From positions 1 to 10,454 of the forward strand of contig JAZDJS010000046.1 of the NCBI GenBank assembly GCA_043803745.1: 10,454 nucleotides of DNA, written 5' to 3'. Position 1 is the stretch's first letter. The number at the start of each line of letters is the position of its first letter. The notes below the pieces were generated by a model. It made no database searches, had not been told where the DNA came from, and saw nothing but the letters and a program-made list of their open reading frames with translations. The position numbers were made by a program, and so were the translations under genes. This document shows positions 6,485 to 10,454 of the stretch, in pieces. The DNA comes from an archaeon. GTDB taxonomy: Archaea; SpSt-1190; DYHY01.

Positions 6485-7636
6485 TCAATCCCACAAGCCC
6501 ATTGCCTTCCCATAGATTCCGGTCGTCCACCTTGAAATCCGGTCCCAGGTGAAATTCGTCTCAACCCAGGAGTGCCCGTTCTTCCCAAGCCAGTTCGACC
6601 AGGACTGGTCGGATAGAACGCGAGAGACTTGGTTCACAATGGAATCAACGTGCGCGGGATATGTGTGGAGGCCGGTGTATTCGTGGACAATCGTGTCCTT
6701 GAGCCCCCCAATATATGAGCCGACAACGGGGCGCTTTGCAGCCGAGGCTTCGAGCGCAACAATCCCGAACGGCTCGTAAACGCTCGGGGCAACGAAGGTC
6801 TCCGCCATTGAATAGAGGGAGGGGAGGAGGTGGTCCGGGGTATAGCCGCAGAAATAGAACTTGTTCGCAACGCCCAGCTGGCTCGCGAGCTGGAGGTAGC
6901 GGGAGGAATCCCCGCCTCCGGAAACGACGAACTTTGTTTCCGGATGCTCCCTCAGTATTTTCGGCGCGCCCCAGACAAGATATTCGAGCCCCTTTTGGTG
7001 GGAGAGCCGCCCGACGAAAAGGACTATCTTCTCCCAGTCGGAGGCGACTGCCGACCGGTCCATGAAAAACTTGACATCCTCGAACCTCTTGATGTCAACG
7101 CCGTTCGGGACATAGTGTATCTTCTCGGCGGGAGGGTTGAAAAGTCCCTTCACTTCCTCGCAGAAATCCCTCCCAACGGTGACAATCTGGTCCGCCTCGT
7201 ATGTCCCGTACCATTCAAGGTCGTTGATCATCTTGCTGTACCTGTCGTGGACTCCGCCGCGCCCCTTCTCCGTCGAGTGCAGCGTGAAGACGAAAGGGAG
7301 CCGGAGCGTTTTCTTTATCCCGATCGCGGCAGGAACCATCATCCAGTCGTGCGCATGGACAACGTCGAAATGATTTTCCCTGTGGAGCCTGAGCGCTTCC
7401 CGTTCCATCTTGTGGCAGAGGAACATGCTCCAGGAAATTGTGTTCGGCGCCCAGGTGCTCGGGATCCGGTGGACGGTGACCTTTCCGACTTCCTCGATTC
7501 CGGGAGTTTCCCCGTAGGTCAGGACATGGACGTTATGCCCCATCTTCGCAAGGGACTGGGAAAGGTCGTTGACGTGGCTCGCAATCCCCCCGACCTTGTA
7601 TGGCGGGAATTCCCAGGAGAACATCAGGATTTTCAT
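6485..7636 (-). CDS. GT4-family (GT-B fold) retaining glycosyltransferase; may act as an alpha-glucan/glycogen synthase
   Basis: MKILMFSWEFPP..VGG, DVVHAHDW, HSTE, VPNGVD, LFVGRL..QKG, PS.YEPFGIVALEA (EX7E), GGL, F.WD.I. The substrate cannot be read from the sequence. Confidence 0.93.
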   Translation of the reverse strand: MKILMFSWEFPPYKVGGIASHVNDLSQSLAKMGHNVHVLTYGETPGIEEVGKVTVHRIPSTWAPNTISWSMFLCHKMEREALRLHRENHFDVVHAHDWMMVPAAIGIKKTLRLPFVFTLHSTEKGRGGVHDRYSKMINDLEWYGTYEADQIVTVGRDFCEEVKGLFNPPAEKIHYVPNGVDIKRFEDVKFFMDRSAVASDWEKIVLFVGRLSHQKGLEYLVWGAPKILREHPETKFVVSGGGDSSRYLQLASQLGVANKFYFCGYTPDHLLPSLYSMAETFVAPSVYEPFGIVALEASAAKRPVVGSYIGGLKDTIVHEYTGLHTYPAHVDSIVNQVSRVLSDQSWSNWLGKNGHSWVETNFTWDRISRWTTGIYGKAMGLWD

Positions 7637-8235
7637 TTCCGGTGGATGACGACCTCCTCGAGAAGGGAAATGAAACTGAAAAGCCCTTCGGTCGAAATTA
7701 TCTTCTCAGCCGGAATTTTCAGGTCGTAGATTAGCGAGTTCCGGCAGTTTTCGTTCATTGCGACAACCCTGCGCGACGTGTAGCCGGCCTCCCACTCAAT
7801 GTCGGAGATCGGCCGGGAATTCTCGGATGAAAAGCCCCTGTTGTTCTCCGTGGACTGGAAGACCGTCACGAGCGGAATGTTGAAGAGCGTTGAGATTGCG
7901 GATGCCGCAGGGTAGCCCGTCCAATCGCTTGCAAGAACGAGAAGATAATCCACGTCCTCGGCAAGCTCCCGTCCCTTCTTCTTCAGCTCCCCGTTCATTA
8001 GGAGCAGCCAGTTGAAATAGCTGTCGCCGTGAAGCATGAACGGAACCCGGAAGACATTCAGGAAGCCGTCAAGCTGCGTTTCCTTCGAATATTCGGGCGC
8101 GAACGTCACAAGGTCAATTGAAATCTCCTTCTTCCGCATTTCCCCTGCGAAGCCGGCAATGAAATCGCTTGCGGGATCCCCGGGATTGAACTCCTTTGCG
8201 AAAACGAGGATTTTCGGAGGCTTTGCCGGAGGCAT
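7633..8235 (-). CDS. Stand-alone GT4 N-terminal-domain protein, degenerate paralogue of the downstream GT4
   Basis: Colinear with the first ~180 aa of 6485..7636: KILVFAKEFNP/KILMFSWEFPP, LASDW/HAHDW, PLV..FQSTE..RG/PFV..LHSTE..RG, S..I.DIEW/S..I.DLEW, PAEKI/PAEKI. It ends there, with an ATGA overlap. Confidence 0.85.
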   Translation of the reverse strand: MPPAKPPKILVFAKEFNPGDPASDFIAGFAGEMRKKEISIDLVTFAPEYSKETQLDGFLNVFRVPFMLHGDSYFNWLLLMNGELKKKGRELAEDVDYLLVLASDWTGYPAASAISTLFNIPLVTVFQSTENNRGFSSENSRPISDIEWEAGYTSRRVVAMNENCRNSLIYDLKIPAEKIISTEGLFSFISLLEEVVIHRK

Positions 8236-8254
8236 GGCTGCTGAAAGACCCCGA

Positions 8255-8272
8255 CGGGTTTAAAAAAAGTTG
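8255..8272 (-). promoter_or_regulatory. Putative TATA box for the GT4 pair
   Basis: Minus strand TTTAAACC at 8257-8264, 22-29 nt upstream of the ATG at 8235. Confidence 0.55.
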
Positions 8273-8299
8273 GAAAAATCAGGAAAAAAAGGGCTAAAA
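8262..8299 (-). terminator. Oligo-T tracts downstream of aIF2-gamma (archaeal-type terminator candidate)
   Basis: Minus strand TTTT-AGCCC-TTTTTTT-CCTGA-TTTTT-CCAAC-TTTTTTT, 55-90 nt after the stop codon. Confidence 0.5.
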
Positions 8300-8352
8300 T
8301 AGGTATATAATGGAACTCACCTTGAAATGGTGAATTGGGTTCTTCCGACAAG

Positions 8353-9750
8353 TCAGGCGACGAGTATACCGTGTCCGATAAGCCGCCAGCGCTGCCCAAC
8401 CCTTCTTGAAATGGCAACCCGGTCACCAGTATCGGCGCAAACGGGAACCTTCAGGGCAACCGCCGCCCTTTTCCCCTTGACATCGGAAACAATTCCGCTC
8501 GTCATCCCGGAATTTATGTTAAGGAGGAGGGGCTCGCTTAGCTTTATCGGCTCGACCGCAATCTCATTCTCCGTCCCGACAACGTGCGGAAGGAGGGAAA
8601 CCTCCATTTTCAGGGAGGTCTGTATCGGCGGAAGTTTCCCAACGGGTCCGACAACGCTTCCTGAAAGGGAATCCGACTTTGTCAAAGCGGGGTCAAGGTT
8701 CGTCCCAATCCCGAGGCTTCCGCCCGGGCGGGCTTTTTCGACAAAAATCCTGCCTACCGAGAGGCTCTTCACCTTCGCTTTCAGCGGAATCCATTTTGTC
8801 CTGCCGTTTTCCTCGGACCGGAAACCCGGGAGAATTTCAACCTCGGTTCCAACTGAAAGGACGCCTTGAACAAGCGCGCCACCCAATATCCCGCCCCTCA
8901 ACTTCTGGTATTCCGTTCCCGGCCTGTTGATGTCGAAGCTCCTCGCGACAAGGAACTTGGCCGGCTTCGTTTCGTCGTGTGTGGAGTCGGGGAGGAACCT
9001 GTCAATTGCCTCAAGAACCACGTCAATGTTCGCCCCGTGGAGGGCGGAAATCGGGATTATCGGAACGCTTTCGAACCCGTAGCCGGAAAGGAAGGCTTGG
9101 ATTTCCTTCACGCTCTCGCGCGCCCTTGCCTCGTCAACAAGGTCTATTTTGTTCTGGAGAACGAGCAGGTTCTTGACGCCCATTATCTTCAGCGCCGCAA
9201 CATGCTCCTTTGTCTGGGGTTGGGGGCAGGAATCCTTCGCGGAAATCACGAGGAGCGCCCCGTCCATTATTGCCGCCCCCGCAAGCATCGTGCTCATCAG
9301 CGCCTCGTGCCCCGGCGCATCGACGAAGGAGGCAACCCGGAGTACTTTTGTGTCGGAACCGCAGTGCTTGCATTTCTCCTCAATCGTGTAGCCGTCCGGG
9401 TTCGGGCATTTGGGGCATTTCCTGAAAACGACATCGGCATATCCGAGGCGGATTGTCATGCCGCGTTTGAGTTCCTCGGAGTGGACGTCGGCCCACTTTC
9501 CGGTTATCGCCTTGGTGACCGTCGTTTTCCCATGGTCAATCTGGCCGCTTGTCCCGATGTTCAGGACCGGAACAAGCTGGACTGGCGAAGAATGAGCTTC
9601 CGTCTCGTCATGTTTCAAATGGGTCGCGGCTGTTTCTTTTCCAGCAGCGGAGGAAGGAACGGAAGAGCCGGCGGAGGCCTTTTTCGGGGAAGGGACCTTC
9701 CTCTTGCCCGCTTTCTTTTCGCCAGGATTTTCCGAAGCTTTCGTCATCAA
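8353..9750 (-). CDS. eif2g: Translation initiation factor 2 gamma subunit (aIF2-gamma) with an N-terminal extension
   Basis: NIG..GQIDHGKTT, HSEELKRGMTIRLGYA, CPKC...CKHC zinc knuckle, SFVDAPGHE, QPQT.EH, QNKID, ISA, ARSFDINRPG, LDPALTK.D, R.AISRR...RWRLIG.G. Confidence 0.98.
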   Translation of the reverse strand: MMTKASENPGEKKAGKRKVPSPKKASAGSSVPSSAAGKETAATHLKHDETEAHSSPVQLVPVLNIGTSGQIDHGKTTVTKAITGKWADVHSEELKRGMTIRLGYADVVFRKCPKCPNPDGYTIEEKCKHCGSDTKVLRVASFVDAPGHEALMSTMLAGAAIMDGALLVISAKDSCPQPQTKEHVAALKIMGVKNLLVLQNKIDLVDEARARESVKEIQAFLSGYGFESVPIIPISALHGANIDVVLEAIDRFLPDSTHDETKPAKFLVARSFDINRPGTEYQKLRGGILGGALVQGVLSVGTEVEILPGFRSEENGRTKWIPLKAKVKSLSVGRIFVEKARPGGSLGIGTNLDPALTKSDSLSGSVVGPVGKLPPIQTSLKMEVSLLPHVVGTENEIAVEPIKLSEPLLLNINSGMTSGIVSDVKGKRAAVALKVPVCADTGDRVAISRRVGQRWRLIGHGILVA

Positions 9751-9755
9751 AAAAA

Positions 9756-10160
9756 CTACTTGCCTTCTTTCTTCTTCTCGCCGGCGGGAATCAGTTCCTC
9801 AAGCGGCTTTTCCCCAATTTTGAGAACCTTCACGTTAACCTGAGCGATTATCTGATCAATGTTTTCGGAATGGACGGTAATCTTCCGCCTCTCGCCGTCC
9901 TTTTTCGGATGGAACCCAACCCCTCCTGAAAGAATCGGCTTGTGCTTGCCAACCCCAGGAATCCCCTTCCGCATCGGGAAGCCGTCCCTGTCGCTGCCGC
10001 CGGTTATCACGAGCTCATAGCCGGGAAGACCGAACGCCTCCCCCTTCAGCTTGGAGCCGATTTTCAGGTTTGCGAGCTTTCCCGTCTCAGCCGGGGAAAG
10101 CATCTTTTGATGCGTTTTCTTGGTAGAAGGATTCCCTACTACGAGCCTTACGTCAACCAT
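9756..10160 (-). CDS. rps6e: 30S ribosomal protein S6e (eS6)
   Basis: KIG....G...GL.GYEL.ITGGSD.DGFPMR, GVGF.P..DGERR..TV, Q.N.KV; immediately upstream of aIF2-gamma. Confidence 0.97.
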   Translation of the reverse strand: MVDVRLVVGNPSTKKTHQKMLSPAETGKLANLKIGSKLKGEAFGLPGYELVITGGSDRDGFPMRKGIPGVGKHKPILSGGVGFHPKKDGERRKITVHSENIDQIIAQVNVKVLKIGEKPLEELIPAGEKKKEGK

Positions 10161-10180
10161 GCGATTGCCCGCTGGCAGGG

Positions 10181-10198
10181 GTTTTTAATCCTTTTCGC
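10181..10198 (-). promoter_or_regulatory. BRE-TATA promoter of rps6e
   Basis: Minus strand GCGAAAAGGA-TTAAAAAC; the TATA at 10181-10188 is 21-28 nt upstream of the ATG at 10160. Confidence 0.65.
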
Positions 10199-10219
10199 GC
10201 GGATTTTTCGCTCCCGAAA

Positions 10220-10257
10220 AACCAGTTAGGAACCAGTTAGGAACCCATTAAGGAACC
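10220..10257. repeat. Short tandem repeat with 11-bp unit AACCAGTTAGG (2 perfect, 1 degenerate, 1 partial)
   Basis: AACCAGTTAGG 10220-10230, AACCAGTTAGG 10231-10241, AACCCATTAAGG 10242-10253, AACC 10254-10257. Confidence 0.85.
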
Positions 10258-10315
10258 TTTCAGCTTAAAGTTGCTTTTCTTCAAATCCCTCCAAGACCTT
10301 ACAAACAAGGGATAG

Positions 10316-10344
10316 TTACTACTTGGTAGTAAGTTATTTAAACC
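10316..10344 (+). promoter_or_regulatory. Palindromic operator candidate next to the TATA box of the divergent gene
   Basis: Perfect inverted repeat TTACTAC-TTG-GTAGTAA at 10316-10332, then TTTAAACC at 10337-10344 and an ATG at 10366. Confidence 0.6.
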
Positions 10345-10365
10345 CCAAGAGCAGTTTAGTTTGTT

Positions 10366-10454
10366 ATGTACCGCTTGGTTGTGGCAGATATCGAACACGA
10401 GCAGATATTCTGCGAGGCCTGGATTGATGCGGGCGGGGATTCTGCGGAAATAGG
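10366..10454 (+). CDS. 5' fragment of a divergently transcribed hypothetical protein
   Basis: MYRLVVADIEHEQIFCEAWIDAGGDSAEI... is open to the window end. GC content rises at this ATG, and the TATA spacing matches the other genes. Confidence 0.55.
   Translation, partial: MYRLVVADIEHEQIFCEAWIDAGGDSAEI

Noticed and set aside
6830-7729. 299-aa plus-strand ORF
   Set aside because: It is the antisense shadow of the clearly real GT4 gene and has no recognisable protein features.
7633-8235. Frameshifted single long glycosyltransferase gene spanning both GT ORFs
   Set aside because: The downstream ORF is complete with its own N-domain and start codon, and the junction is a standard ATGA coupling.
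8866-9843. 325-aa plus-strand ORF
   Set aside because: It is the antisense shadow of aIF2-gamma and rps6e, with no motifs; such shadows are expected in GC-rich coding DNA.
10220-10257. Tandem repeats as a mini-CRISPR or replication-origin ORB elements
   Set aside because: The units are 11 bp and contiguous with no spacers; there is no ORB-like G-string motif and no cas or cdc6 gene in the window.

Overview
Archaeal DNA, almost all coded on the minus strand. It is a rearranged version of the conserved information-processing gene string: rps6e, aIF2-gamma, [inserted block: N-domain-only GT4, full GT4, two EamA/DMT transporters], Zn-ribbon/Hsp20 fusion, Fcf1/Utp24-like PIN protein, family-I pyrophosphatase homologue, rpoE1, spt4, rps24e, METTL5-type methyltransferase, rpoL, a divergent Rid/YjgF-like protein and a partial orphan ORF. 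The main signal is three intact reading frames that look catalytically disabled. The PPase homologue has about 12 of 15 canonical active-site residues replaced. The half-size GT4 paralogue lacks the donor-binding domain and the conserved His and is coupled to a complete GT4. The Rid-like protein lacks the catalytic Arg. Usual neighbours (DUF359, rps27ae, csl4) are absent here, and a structured hairpin sits in the DUF359 slot. Several genes have TATA boxes about 20-30 nt before the ATG, consistent with leaderless mRNAs. The right end is a divergent promoter region with 11-bp tandem repeats and palindromes. All family calls are by-eye motif recognition; no searches were run.
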